Under the pieces are notes generated by a model that searched no databases, had not been told where the DNA came from, and worked only from the letters and a program-made list of their open reading frames with translations. DNA of 64,000 nucleotides. Origin: Paragordius varius. Its lineage: Eukaryota > Animalia > Nematomorpha. The DNA is taken from positions 1,426,001 through 1,490,000 of the forward strand of contig OZ176050.1 of the NCBI GenBank assembly GCA_964247055.1. Reading direction: 5' to 3'. Made by a program: the position numbers and the translations under genes. Each line of letters begins with the position of its first letter. Position 1 is the first letter of the stretch. Positions 12,811-28,400 of this stretch are shown here, one piece after another.

Positions 12811-15800
12811 AAAAATCGGATATTGGTCACCGGTGAACAAAATTATTTTTTATACATTCTCTTAGTAACACTACATCAAAATATAGAGATAGTTTGACAA
12901 ACTCTTTCATATCCGATTTTTACAACGATACTTTAATAATTAATGTATTAAACTAGTCGCATCAATACTCTAGCTAAACATTGTCCTTAAAAATCGGATA
13001 TTGGTCACCGGTGAACAAAACTATTTTTTATACATTCTCTTAGTAAGACTACATCAAAATATAGAGATAGTTTGACAAACTCTTTCACATCCGATTTTTA
13101 CAACGATATTAAAAATTAATGTATAAAACTAGTCGTATCAATAAATCGCATCAATACTCAAGTTAAACTTTGTCCTTAAAAATCGGATATTGGTCACCGG
13201 TGAACAAAATTATTTTTTATACATTCTCTTAGTAGGACTACATCAAAATATAGAGATAGTTTGGCAAACACTTGCATATCCGATTTTTACAACGATACTT
13301 TAAAAATTAATGTATAAAACTAGTCGCATCAATACTCAAGTTAAACTTTGTCCTTAAAAATCGGATATTGGGCACCGGTGAACAAAATTATTTTTTATAC
13401 ATCTCTTAGTAGGACCATATCAAAATATAGAGATAGTTTGGCAAACTCTTTCAGATCCGATTTTTACAACGATACTTTAAAAATTAATGTATAAAACTAG
13501 TCGTATCAATAAATCGCATCAATACTCAAGTTAAACTTTGTCCTTAAAAATCGGATATTGGTCACCGGTGAACAAAATTATTTTTTATACATTCTCTTAG
13601 TAAGACTACATCAAAATATAGAGATAGTTTGACAAACTCTTTCATATCCAATTTTTACAACGATACTTTAATAATTAATGTATTAAACTAGTCGCATCAA
13701 TACTCTAGCTAAACATTGTCCTTAAAAATCGGATATTGGTCACCGGTGAACAAAACTATTTTTTATACATTCTCTTAGTAAGACTACATCAAAATATAGA
13801 GATAGTTTGACAAACTCTTTCACATCCGATTTTTACAACGATATTAAAAATTAATGTATAAAACTAGTCGCATCAATACTCAAGTTAAACTTTGTCCTTA
13901 AAAATCGGATATTGGGCACCGGTGAACAAAATTATTTTTTATACATCTCTTAGTAGGACTACATCAAAATATAGAGATAGTTTGGCAAACTCTTTCATAT
14001 TCGATTTTTACAACGATACTTTAAAAATTAATGTATAAAACTAGTCGCATCAATACTCAAGTTAAACTTTGTCCTTAAAAATCGGATATTGGTCACCGGT
14101 GAACAAAATTATTTTTTATACATTCTGTTAGTAAGACTACATCAAAATATAGAGATAGTTTGGCAAACTCTTTCATATCCGATTTTTACAACGATACTTT
14201 AAAAATTAATGTATAAAACTAGTCGTATCAATAAATCGCATCAATACTCAAGTTAAACTTTGTCCTTAAAAATCGGATATTGGTCACCGGTGAACAAAAT
14301 TATTTTTTATACATTCTCTTAGTAGGACTACATCAAAATATAGAGATAGTTTGGCAAACTCTTTCATATCCGATTTTTACAACGATACTTTAAAAATTAT
14401 GGTATTAAACCAGTCGCATCAATACTCAAGTTAAACTTTGTCCTTAAAAATCGGATATTGGTCACCGGTGAACAAAATTATTTTTTATACATTCTCTTAG
14501 TAAGACTACATCAAAATATAGAGATAGTTTGACAAACTCTTTCATATCCGATTTTTACAACGATACTTTAATAATTAATGTATTAAACTAGTCGCATCAA
14601 TACTCTAGCTAAACATTGTCCTTAAAAATCGGATATTGGTCACCGGTGAACAAAACTATTTTTTATACATTCTCTTAGTAAGACTACATCAAAATATAGA
14701 GATAGTTTGACAAACTCTTTCACATTCGATTTTTACAACGATATTAAAAATTAATGTATAAAACTAGTCGTATCAATAAATCGCATCAATACTCAAGTTA
14801 AACTTTGTCCTTAAAAATCGGATATTGGTCACCGGTGAACAAAATTATTTTTTATACATTCTCTTAGTAGGACTACATCAAAATATAGAGATAGTTTGGC
14901 AAACTCTTTCATATCCGATTTTTACAACGATACTTTAAAAATTAATGTATAAAACTAGTCGCATCAATACTCAAGTTAAACATTGTCCTTAAAAATCGGA
15001 TATTGGTCACCGGTGAACAAAACTATTTTTTATACATTCTCTTAGTAAGACTACATCAAAATATAGAGATAGTTTGACAAACTCTTTCACATCCGATTTT
15101 TACAACGATACTTTAAAAATTAATGTATAAAACTAGTCGTATCAATAAATCGCATCAATACTCAAGTTAAACTTTGTCCTTAAAAATCGGATATTGGTCA
15201 CCGGTGAACAAAATTATTTTTTATACATTCTCTTAGTAGGACTACATCAAAATATAGAGATAGTTTGGCAAACTCTTTCATATCCGATTTTTACAACGAT
15301 ACTTTAAAAATTAATGTATAAAACTAGTCGCATCAATACTCAAGTTAAACTTTGTCCTTAAAAATCGGATATTTGGCACCGGTGAACTAAATTATTTTTT
15401 ATACATTCTCTTAGTAGGACTACATCAAAATATAGAGATAGTTTGGCAAACTCTTTCATATCCGATTTTTACAACGATACTTTAAAAATTAATGTATAAA
15501 ACTAGTCGCATCAATACTCAGGTTAAACTTTGTCCTTAAAAATCGGATATTGGTCACCGGTGAACAAAATTATTTTTTATACATTCTCTTAGTAGGACTA
15601 CATCAAAATATAGAGATAGTTTGGCAAACTCTTTCATATCCTATTTTTACAACGATACTTTAAAAATTATGGTATTAAACCAGTCGCATCAATACTCAAG
15701 TTAAACTTTGTCCTTAAAAATCGGATATTGGTCACCGGTGAACAAAATTATTTTTTATACATTCTCTTAGTAAAACTACATCAAAATATAGAGATAGTTT

Positions 15801-18800
15801 GACAAACTCTTTCATATCCGATTTTTACAACGATACTTTAATAATTAATGTATTAAACTAGTCGCATCAATACTCTAGCTAAACATTGTCCTTATAAATC
15901 GGATATTGGTCACCGGTGAACAAAACTATTTTTTATACATTCTCTTAGTAACTACATCAAAATATAGAGATAGTTTGACAAACTCTTTCACATCCGATTT
16001 TTACAACGATATTAAAAATTAATGTATAAAACTAGTCGTATCAATAAATCGCATCAATACTCAAGTTAAACTTTGTCCTTAAAAATCGGATATTGGTCAC
16101 CGGTGAACAAAATTATTTTTTATACATTCTCTTAGTAGGACTACATCAAAATATAGAGATAGTTTGGCAAACTCTTTCATATCCGATTTTTACAACGATA
16201 CTTTAAAAATTAATGTATAAAACTAGTCGCATCAATACTCAAGTTAAACTTTGTCCTTAAAAATCGGATATTGGGCACCGGTGAACAAAATTATTTTTTA
16301 TACATCTCTTAGTAGGACTACATCAAAATATAGAGATAGTTTGGCAAACTCTTTCATATCCGATTTTTACAACGATACTTTAAAAATTAATGTATAAAAC
16401 TAGTCGCATCAATACTCAAGTTAAACTTTTTCCTTAAAAATCGGATATTGGTCGCCGGTGAACAAAATTATTTTTTATACATTCTGTTAGTAAGACTACA
16501 TCAAAATATAGAGATAGTTTGGCAAACTCTTTCATATCCGATTTTTACAACGATACTTTAAAAATTAATGTATAAAACTAGTCGTATCAATAAATCGCAT
16601 CAATACTCAAGTTAAACTTTGTCCTTAAAAATCGGATATTGGTCACCGGTGAACAAAATTATTTTTTATACATTCTCTTAGCAAGACTACATCAAAATAA
16701 AAAAATAGTTTGACAAACTCTTTCATATCCGATTTTTACAACGATACTTTAAAAATTAATGTATAAAACTAGTCGTATCAATAAATCGCATCAATACTCA
16801 AGTTAAACTTTGTCCTTAAAAATCGGATATTGGTCACCGGTAAACAAAATTATTTTTTATACATTCTCTTAGTAGGACTACATCAAAATATAGAGATAGT
16901 TTGGCAAACTCTTCCATATCCGATTTTTACAACGATACTTTAAAAATTAATGTATAAAACTAGTCGCATCAATACTCAAGTTAAACTTTGTCCTTAAAAA
17001 TCGGATATTGGTCACCGGTGAACAAAATTATTTTTTATACATTCTCTTAGTAAGACTACATCAAAATATAGAAATAGTTTGACAAACTCTTTCCTATCCG
17101 ATTTTTACAACGATACTTTAAAAATTAATGTATTAAACTAGTCGCATCAATACTCAAGTTAAACTTTGTCCTTAAAAATCGGATATTGGTCACCGGTGAA
17201 CAAAATTATTTTTTATACATTCTCTTAGTAACACTACATCAAAATATAGAGATAGTTTGACAAACTCTTTCATATCCGATTTTTACAACGATACTTTAAT
17301 AATTAATGTATTAAACTAGTCGCATCAATACTCTAGCTAAACATTGTCCTTAAAAATCGGATATTGGTCACCGGTGAACAAAACTATTTTTTATACATTC
17401 TCTTAGTAAGACTACATCAAAATATAGAGATAGTTTGACAAACTCTTTCACATCCGATTTTTACAACGATATTAAAAATTAATGTATAAAACTAGTCGCA
17501 TCAATACTCAAGTTAAACTTTGTCCTTAAAAATCGGATATTGGGCACCGGTGAACAAAATTATTTTTTATACATCTCTTAGTAGGACCATATCAAAATAT
17601 AGAGATAGTTTGGCAAACTCTTTCAGATCCGATTTTTACAACGATACTTTAAAAATTAATGTATAAAACTAGTCGTATCAATAAATCGCATCAATACTCA
17701 AGTTAAACTTTGTCCTTAAAAATCGGATATTGGTCACCGGTGAACAAAATTATTTTTTATACATTCTCTTAGTAAGACTACATCAAAATATAGAGATAGT
17801 TTGACAAACTCTTTCATATCCAATTTTTACAACGATACTTTAATAATTAATGTATTAAACTAGTCGCATCAATACTCTAGCTAAACATTGTCCTTAAAAA
17901 TCGGATATTGGTCACCGGTGAACAAAACTATTTTTTATACATTCTCTTAGTAAGACTACATCAAAATATAGAGATAGTTTGACAAACTCTTTCACATCCG
18001 ATTTTTACAACGATATTAAAAATTAATGTATAAAACTAGTCGCATCAATACTCAAGTTAAACTTTGTCCTTAAAAATCGGATATTGGGCACCGGTGAACA
18101 AAATTATTTTTTATACATCTCTTAGTAGGACTACATCAAAATATAGAGATAGTTTGGCAAACTCTTTCATATTCGATTTTTACAACGATACTTTAAAAAT
18201 TAATGTATAAAACTAGTCGCATCAATACTCAAGTTAAACTTTGTCCTTAAAAATCGGATATTGGGCACCGGTGAACAAAATTATTTTTTATACATCTCTT
18301 AGTAGGACTACATCAAAATATAGAGATAGTTTGGCAAACTCTTTCATATGCGATTTTTACAACGATACTTTAAAAATTAATGTATAAAACTAGTCGTATC
18401 AATAAATCGCATCAATACTCAAGTTAAACTTTGTCCTTAAAAATCGGATATTGGTCACCGGTGAACAAAATTATTTTTTATACATTCTCTTAGCAAGACT
18501 ACATCAAAATATAAAGATAGTTTGACAAACTCTTTCATATCCGATTTTTACAACGATACTTTAAAAATTAATGTATAAAACTAGTCGTATCAATAAATCG
18601 CATCAATACTCAAGTTAAACTTTGTCCTTAAAAATCGGATATTGGTCACCGGTGAACAAAATTATTTTTTATACATTCTCTTAGTAGGACTACATCAAAA
18701 TATAGAGATAGTTTAGCAAACTCTTTCATATCCGATTTTTACAACGATACTTTAAAAATTAATGTATAAAACTAGTCGCATCAATACTCAAGTTAAACTT

Positions 18801-21800
18801 TGTCCTTAAAAATCGGATATTGGGCACCGGTGAACAAAATTATTTTTTATACATCTCTTAGTAGGACTACATCAAAATATAGAGATAGTTTGGCAAACTC
18901 TTTCATATCCGATTTTTACAACGATACTTTAAAAATTAATGTATAAAACTAGTCGTATCAATAAATCGCATCAATACTCAAGTTAAACTTTGTCCTTAAA
19001 AATCGGATATTGGTCACCGGTGAACAAAATTATTTTTTATACATTCTCTTAGCAAGACTACATCAAAATATAAAGATAGTTTGACAAACTCTTTCATATC
19101 CGATTTTTACAACGATACTTTAAAAATTAATGTATAAAACTAGTCGTATCAATAAATCGCATCAATACTCAAGTTAAACTTTGTCCTTAAAAATCGGATA
19201 TTGGTCACCGGTGAACAAAATTATTTTTTATACATTCTCTTAGTAGGACTACATCAAAATATAGAGATAGTTTGGCAAACTCTTGCATATCCGATTTTTA
19301 CAACGATACTTTAAAAATTAATGTATAAAACTAGTCGCATCAATACTCAAGTTAAACTTTGTCCTTAAAAATCGGATATTGGGCACCGGTGAACAAAATT
19401 ATTTTTTATACATCTCTTAGTAGGACTACATCAAAATATAGAGATAGTTTGGCAAACTCTTTCATATCCGATTTTTACAACGATACTTTAAAAATTAATG
19501 TATAAAACTAGTCGTATCAATAAATCGCATCAATACTCAAGTTAAACTTTGTCCTTAAAAATCGGATATTGGTCACCGGTGAACAAAATTATTTTTTATA
19601 CATTCTCTTAGTAAGACTACATCAAAATATAGAGATAGTTTGACAAACTCTTTCATATCCGATTTTTACAACGATACTTTAATAATTAATGTATTTAACT
19701 AGTCGCATCAATACTCTAGCTAAACATTGTCCTTAAAAATCGGATATTGGTCACCGGTGAACAAAACTATTTTTTATACATTCTCTTAGTAAGACTACAT
19801 CAAAATATAGAGATAGTTTGACAAACTCTTTCACATCCGATTTTTACAACGATATTAAAAATTAATGTATAAAACTAGTCGTATCAATAAATCGCATCAA
19901 TACTCAAGTTAAACTTTGTCCTTAAAAATCGGATATTGGTCACCGGTGAACAAAATTATTTTTTATACATTCTCTTAGTAGGACTACATCAATAGAGATA
20001 GTTTGGCAAACTCTTTCATATCCGATTTTTACAACGATACTTTAAAAATTAATGTATAAAACTAGTCGCATCAATACTCAAGTTAAACTTTGTCCTTAAA
20101 AATCGGATATTGGGCACCGGTGAACAAAATTATTTTTTATACATCTCTTAGTAGGACTACATCAAAATATAGAGATAGTTTGGCAAACTCTTTCATATCC
20201 GATTTTTACAACGATACTTTAAAAATTAATGTATAAAACTAGTCGTATCAATAAATCGCATCAATACTCAAGTTAAACTTTGTCCTTAAAAATCGGATAT
20301 TGGTCACCGGTGAACAAAATTATTTTTTATACATTCTCTTAGCAAGACTACATCAAAATATAAAGATAGTTTGACAAACTCTTTCATATCCGATTTTTAC
20401 AACGATACTTTAAAAATTAATGTATAAAACTAGTCGTATCAATAAATCGCATCAATACTCAAGTTAAACTTTGTCCTTAAAAATCGAATATTGGTCACCG
20501 GTGAACAAAATTATTTTTTATACATTCTCTTAGTAGGACTACATCAAAATATAGAGATAGTTTGGCAAACTCTTTCATATCCTATTTTTACAACGATACT
20601 TTAAAAATTATGGTATTAAACCAGTCGCATCAATACTCAAGTTAAACTTTGTCCTTAAAAATCGGATATTGGTCACCGGGGAACAAAATTATTTTTTATA
20701 CATTCTCTTAGTAAGACTACATCAAAATATAGAGATAGTTTGACAAACTCTTTCATATCCGATTTTTACAACGATACTTTAATAATTAATGTATTAAACT
20801 AGTCGCATCAATACTCTAGCTAAACATTGTCCTTAAAAATCGGATATTGGTCACCGGTGAACAAAACTATTTTTTATACATTCTCTTAGTAAGACTACAT
20901 CAAAATATAGAGATAGTTTTACAAACTGTTTCACATTCGATTTTTACAACGATATTAAAAATTAATGTATAAAACTAGTCGTATCAATAAATCGCATCAA
21001 TACTCAAGTTAAACTTTGTCCTTAAAAATCGGATATTGGTCACCGGTGAACAAAATTATTTTTTATACATTCTCTTAGTAGGACTACATCAAAATATAGA
21101 GATAGTTTGGCAAACTCTTTCATATCCGATTTTTACAACGATACTTTAAAAATTAATAAATTAAACTAGTCGCATCAATACCCAAGTTAAACTTTGTCCT
21201 TAAAAATCGGATATTGGTCACCGGTGAACAAAACTATTTTTTATACATTCTCTTAGTAGGACTACATCAAAATATAGAGATAGTTTGACAAACTCTTTCA
21301 CATCCGATTTTTACAACGATACTTTAAAAATTAATGTATAAAACTAGTCGTATCAATAAATCGCATCAATACTCAAGTTAAACTTTGTCCTTAAAAATCG
21401 AATATTGGTCACCGGTGAACAAAATTATTTTTTATACATTCTCTTAGCAAGACTACATCAAAATAAAAAAATAGTTTGACAAACTCTTTCATATCCGATT
21501 TTTACAACGATACTTTAAAAATTAATGTATAAAACTAGTCGTATCAATAAATCGCATCAATACTCAAGTTAAACTTTGTCCTTAAAAATCGGATATTGGT
21601 CACCGGTAAACAAAATTATTTTTTATACATTCTCTTAGTAGGACTACATCAAAATATAGAGATAGTTTGGCAAACTCTTTCATATCCGATTTTTACAACG
21701 ATACTTTAAAAATTAATGTATAAAACTAGTCGCATCAATACTCAAGTTAAACTTTGTCCTTAAAAATCGGATATTGGTCACCGGTGAACAAAATTATTTT

Positions 21801-22468
21801 TTATACATTCTCTTAGTAAGACTACATCAAAATATAGAAATAGTTTGACAAACTCTTTCCTATCCGATTTTTACAACGATACTTTAAAAATTAATGTATT
21901 AAACTAGTCGCATCAATACTCAAGTTAAACTTTGTCCTTAAAAATCGGATATTGGTCACCGGTGAACAAAATTATTTTTTATACATTCTCTTAGTAGTAC
22001 TACATCAAAATATAGAGATAGTTTGGCAAACTCTTTCATATCCGATTTTTACAACGATACTTTAAAAATTAATGTATAAAACTAGTCGCATCAATACTCA
22101 AGTTAAACTTTGTCCTTAAAAATCGGATATTGGTCACAGGTGAACAAAATTATTTTTTATACATTCTCTTAGCAAGACTACATCAAAATATAGAGATAGT
22201 TTGACAAACTCTTTCATATCCGATTTTTACAACGATACTTTAAAAATTAATGTATAAAACTAGTCGCATCAATACTCAAATTAAACTTTGTCCTTAAAAA
22301 TCGGATATTGGTCACCGGTGAACAAAATTATTTTTTATACATTCTCTTAGCAAGACTACATCAAAATATAGAGATAGTTTGACATACTCTTTCATATATG
22401 ATATTACATACTTTAAAAATTAATGTATTAAACTAGTCGCATCAATACTCAAGCTAAACATTGTCCTT

Positions 22469-25400
22469 AAAAATCGGATATTGGTCACCGGTGAACAAAA
22501 CTATTTTTTATACATTCTCTTAGTAAGACTACATCAAAATATAGAGATAGTTTGACAAACTCTTTCATATCCGATTTTTACAGCGATACTTTAAAAAAAT
22601 GTATTAAACTAGTCGCATCAATACTCAAGTTAAATTTTGTCCTTAAAAATCGGATATTGGTCACCGGTGAACAAAATTATTTTTTATACATTCTCTTAGT
22701 AAGACTACATCAAAATATAGAAATAGTTTGACAAACTCTTTCATATCCGATTTTTACAACGATACTTTAAAAATTAATAAATTAAACTAGTCGCATCAAT
22801 ACCCAAGTTAAACTTTGTCCTTAAAAATCGGATATTGGTCACCACAAAATTATTTTTTATACATTCTCTTTGTAAGACTACATCAAAATATAGAGATAGT
22901 TTGACAAACTCTTTCATATCCGATTTTCAAAACCATACTTTAAAAATTAATGTATAAAACTAGTCGCATCAATACTCAAGTTAAATTTTGTCCTTAAAAA
23001 TGGGATATTGGTCACCGGTGAACAAAACTATTTTTTATACATTCTCTTAGTCAGACTACATCAAAATATAGAGATAGTTTGACCTCTTTTATATCCGATT
23101 TTTACAACGATACTTTAAAAATTAATGTATAAAACTAGTCGCATCAATACTCAAGTAAAACCCGGTGAACAAAATTAATTACATTCTCTTAGTAGGACTA
23201 CATCAAAATATAGAGATAGTTTGACAAACTCTTTCATATCCGATTTTTACAACGATACTTTAAAAATTATGGTACCAGTCGCATCAATACTCAAGTTAAA
23301 CTTTGTCCTTAAAAATCGGATATTGGTCACCGGTGAACAAAATTATTTTTTATACATTCTCTTAGCAAGACTACATCAAAATATAGAGATAGTTTGACAA
23401 ACTCTTTCATATCCGATTTTTACAACGATACTTTATAAATTAATGTATAAAACTAGTTGTATCAATAAATCGCACCAATACTCAAGTTAAACTTTGTCCT
23501 TAAAAATCGGATTTTGATCACAGGTGAACAAAATTATTTTTTATACATTCTCTTAGTAAGACTACATCAAAATATAGAGATAGTTTGACAAACTCTTTCA
23601 TATCCGATTTTTACAACGATACTTTAAAAATTAATGTATTAAACTAATCGCATCAATACTCAAGTTAAACTTTGTCCTTAAAAATCGAATATACCGGTGA
23701 ACAAAATTATTTTTTATACATTCTCTTTGTAGGACTACATCAAAATATAGAGATAGTTTGACAAACTCTTTCATATCCGATTTTTACAACGATACTTTAA
23801 AAATTATGGTACCAGTCGCATCAATACTCAAGTTAAACTTTGTCCTTAAAAATCGGATATTGGTCACCGGTGAACAAAATTATTTTTTATACATTCTCTT
23901 AGCAAGACTACATCAAAATATAGAGATAGTTTGACAAACTCTTTCATATCCGATTTTTACAACGATACTTTATAAATTAATGTATAAAACTAGTCGTATC
24001 AATAAATCGCACCAATACTCAAGTTAAACTTTGTCCTTAAAAATCGGATTTTGATCACAGGTGAACAAAATTATTTTTTATACATTTTCTTAGTAAGACT
24101 ACATCAAAATATAGAGATAGTTTGAGAAACTCTTTCATATCCGATTTTTACAACGATACTTTAAAAATTAATGTATTAAACTAATCGCATCAATACTCAA
24201 GTTAAACTTTGTCCTTAAAAATCGAATATACCGGTGAACAAAATTATTTTTTATACATTCTCTTTGTAGGACTACATCAAAATATAGAGATAGTTTGACA
24301 AACTCTTTCATATCCGATTTTTACAACGATACTTTAAAAATTATGGTACCAGTCGCATCAATACTCAAGTTAAACTTTGTCCTTAAAAATCGGATATTGG
24401 TCACCGGTGAACAAAATTATTTTTTATACACTCTCTTAGCAAGACTACATCAAAATATAGAGATAGTTTGACAAACTCTTTCATATCCGATTTTTACAAC
24501 GATACTTTATAAATTAATGTATAAAACTAGTCGTATCAATAAATCGCACCAATACTCAAGTTAAACTTTGTCCTTAAAAATCGGATTTTGATCACCGGTG
24601 AACAAAATTATTTTTTATACATTCTCTTAGTAGGACTACATCAAAATATAGAGATAGTTTGGCAAACTCTTTCATATCCGATTTTTAAAACGATACTTTA
24701 AAAATTAAAGTATAAAACTAGTCGCATCAATACTCAAGTTAAATTTTGTCCTTAAAAATGGGATATTGGTCACCGGTGAACAAAATTATTTTTTATACAT
24801 TCTCTTAGTAAGACTACATCAAAATATAGAGATAGTTTGACAAACTCTTTCATATCTTTACAACGATACTTTCAAAATTAGTGTATTAAACTAGTCGCAT
24901 CAATACTCAAGCTAAACATTGTCCTTAAAAATCGGATATTGGTCACCGGTGAACAAAATTATTTTTTATACATTATCTTAGCAAGACTACCTCAAAATAT
25001 AGAGATAGTTTGACAAACTCTTTCATATTCGATTTTTACAGCGATACTTTAAAAATTAATGTATTAAACTAGTCGCATCAATACTCAAGTTAAATTTTGT
25101 CCTTAAAAATCGGATATTGGTCACCGGTGAACAAAATTATTTTTTATACATTCTCTTAGTAAGACTACATCAAAATATAGAAATAGTTTGACAAACTCTT
25201 TCATATCCGATTTTTACAACGATACTTTAAAAATTAATAAATTAAACTAGTCGCATCAATACCCAAGTTAAACTTTGTCCTTAAAAATCGGATATTGGTC
25301 ACCGGTGAACAAAATTATTTTTTATACATTCTCTTTGTAAGACTACATCAAAATATAGAGATAGTTTGACAAACTCTTTCATATCCGATTTTCAAAACCA

Positions 25401-28400
25401 TACTTTAAAAATTAATGTATAAAACTAGTCGCATCAATACTCAAGTTAAATTTTGTCCTTAAAAATGGGATATTGGTCACCGGTGAACAAAACTATTTTT
25501 TATACATTCTCTTAGTCAGACTACATCAAAATATAGAGATAGTTTGACCTCTTTTATATCCGATTTTTACAACGATACTTTAAAAATTAATGTATAAAAT
25601 AGTCGCATCAATACTCAAGTAAAACCCGGTGAACAAAATTATTTTTTATACATTCTCTTAGTAGGACTACATCAAAATATAGAGATAGTTTGACAAACTC
25701 TTTCATATCCGATTTTTACAACGATACTTTAAAAATTATGGTACCAGTCGCATCAATACTCAAGTTAAACTTTGTCCTTAAAAATCGGATATTGGTCACC
25801 GGTGAACAAAATTATTTTTTATACATTCTCTTAGCAAGATTACATCAAAATATAGAGATAGTTTGACAAACTCTTTCATATCCGATTTTTACAACGATAC
25901 TTTATAAATTAATGTATAAAACTAGTCGTATCAATAAATCGCACCAATACTCAAGTTAAACTTTGTCCTTAAAAATCGGATTTTGATCACAGGTGAACAA
26001 AATTATTTTTTATACATTCTCTTAGTAAGACTACATCAAAATATAGAGATAGTTTGACAAACTCTTTCATATCCGATTTTTACAACGATACTTTAAAAAT
26101 TAATGTATTAAACTAATCGCATCAATACTCAAGTTAAACTTTGTCCTTAAAAATCGAATATACCGGTGAAGAAAATTATTTTTTATACATTCTCTTTGTA
26201 GGACTACATCAAAATATAGAGATAGTTTGACAAACTCTTTCATATCCGATTTTTACAACGATACTTTAAAAATTATGGTACCAGTCGCATCAATACTCAA
26301 GTTAAACTTTGTCCTTAAAAATCGGATATTGGTCACCGGTGAACAAAATTATTTTTTATACATTCTCTTAGCAAGACTACATCAAAATATAGAGATAGTT
26401 TGACAAACTCTTTCATATCCGATTTTTACAACGATACTTTATAAATTAATGTATAAAACTAGTCGTATCAATAAATCGCACCAATACTCAAGTTAAACTT
26501 TGTCCTTAAAAATCGGATTTTGATCACCGGTGAACAAAATTATTTTTTATACATTCTCTTAGTAGGACTACATCAAAATATAGAGATAGTTTGGCAAACT
26601 CTTTCATATCCGATTTTTACAACGATACTTTAAAAATTAATGTATTAAACTAATCGCATCAATACTCAAGTTAAACTTTGTCCTTAAAAATCGAATATAC
26701 CGGTGAACAAAATTATTTTTTATACATTCTCTTTGTAGGACTACATCAAAATATAGAGATAGTTTGACAAACTCTTTCATATCCGATTTTTACAACGATA
26801 CTTTAAAAATTATGGTACCAGTCGCATCAATACTCAAGTTAAACTTTGTCCTTAAAAATCGGATATTGGTCACCGGTGAACAAAATTATTTTTTATACAC
26901 TCTCTTAGCAAGACTACATCAAAATATAGAGATAGTTTGACAAACTCTTTCATATCCGATTTTTACAACGATACTTTATAAATTAATGTATAAAACTAGT
27001 CGTATCAATAAATCGCACCAATACTCAAGTTAAACTTTGTCCTTAAAAATCGGATTTTGATCACCGGTGAACAAAATTATTTTTTATACATTCTCTTAGT
27101 AGGACTACATCAAAATATAGAGATAGTTTGGCAAACTCTTTCATATCCGATTTTTAAAACGATACTTTAAAAATTAAAGTATAAAACTAGTCGCATCAAT
27201 ACTCAAGTTAAATTTTGTCCTTAAAAATGGGATATTGGTCACCGGTGAACAAAATTATTTTTTATACATTCTCTTAGTAAGACTACATCAAAATATAGAG
27301 ATAGTTTGACAAACTCTTTCATATCTTTACAACGATACTTTCAAAATTAGTGTATTAAACTAGTCGCATCAATACTCAAGCTAAACATTGTCCTTAAAAA
27401 TCGGATATTGGTCACCGGTGAACAAAATTATTTTTTATACATTATCTTAGCAAGACTACCTCAAAATATAGAGATAGTTTGACAAACTCTTTCATATTCG
27501 ATTTTTACAGCGATACTTTAAAAATTAATGTATTAAACTAGTCGCATCAATACTCAAGTTAAATTTTGTCCTTAAAAATCGGATATTGGTCACCGGTGAA
27601 CAAAATTATTTTTTATACATTCTCTTAGTAAGACTACATCAAAATATAGAAATAGTTTGACAAACTCTTTCATATCCGATTTTTACAACGATACTTTAAA
27701 AATTAATAAATTAAACTAGTCGCATCAATACCCAAGTTAAACTTTGTCCTTAAAAATCGGATATTGGTCACCGGTGAACAAAATTATTTTTTATACATTC
27801 TCTTTGTAAGACTACATCAAAATATAGAGATAGTTTGACAAACTCTTTCATATCCGATTTTCAAAACCATACTTTAAAAATTAATGTATAAAACTAGTCG
27901 CATCAATACTCAAGTTAAATTTTGTCCTTAAAAATGGGATATTGGTCACCGGTGAACAAAACTATTTTTTATACATTCTCTTAGTCAGACTACATCAAAA
28001 TATAGAGATAGTTTGACCTCTTTTATATCCGATTTTTACAACGATACTTTAAAAATTAATGTATAAAATAGTCGCATCAATACTCAAGTAAAACCCGGTG
28101 AACAAAATTATTTTTTATACATTCTCTTAGTAGGACTACATCAAAATATAGAGATAGTTTGACAAACTCTTTCATATCCGATTTTTACAACGATACTTTA
28201 AAAATTATGGTACCAGTCGCATCAATACTCAAGTTAAACTTTGTCCTTAAAAATCGGATATTGGTCACCGGTGAACAAAATTATTTTTTATACATTCTCT
28301 TAGCAAGATTACATCAAAATATAGAGATAGTTTGACAAACTCTTTCATATCCGATTTTTACAACGATACTTTATAAATTAATGTATAAAACTAGTCGTAT

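Larger units (their letters stand above)
8785..18248 (+). repeat. Tandem segmental duplication: copy A 8785-14076 (29 monomers, 5292 bp), copy B 14077-18248 (23 monomers, 4172 bp)
   Basis: Same ordered markers (cacattcg, tatttggcac/ctcaggtt, agtaactac, ggtcgccgg, aaaataaaaaaatag, ccggtaaac, ttcctatcc, agtaacact, aggaccatat/cagatcc, atattcg). The length difference is exactly 191+738+191 bp. Confidence 0.9.
1..21939 (+). repeat. Satellite domain I (about 120 monomers)
   Basis: Diagnostic variants: tattgggcac with acatctct, ctctagctaaacatt with taataatt, gatattaaaa, and ataaag. About 51 of the first 121 monomers carry the 13-bp insertion. gggcac is last seen in the monomer at 20098 and ctctagct in the monomer at 20657. 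Confidence 0.85.

Noticed and set aside
13900-14090. Compensatory covariation between the inverted-repeat arms (would imply a selected stem)
   Set aside because: Mirror alleles exist (atattcg vs cgaatat, atctgat vs atcagat, atccaat vs attggat), but in the cases I checked they are not in the same or adjacent monomers. For example, the atattcg arm at 13900 is flanked by wild-type partner arms.
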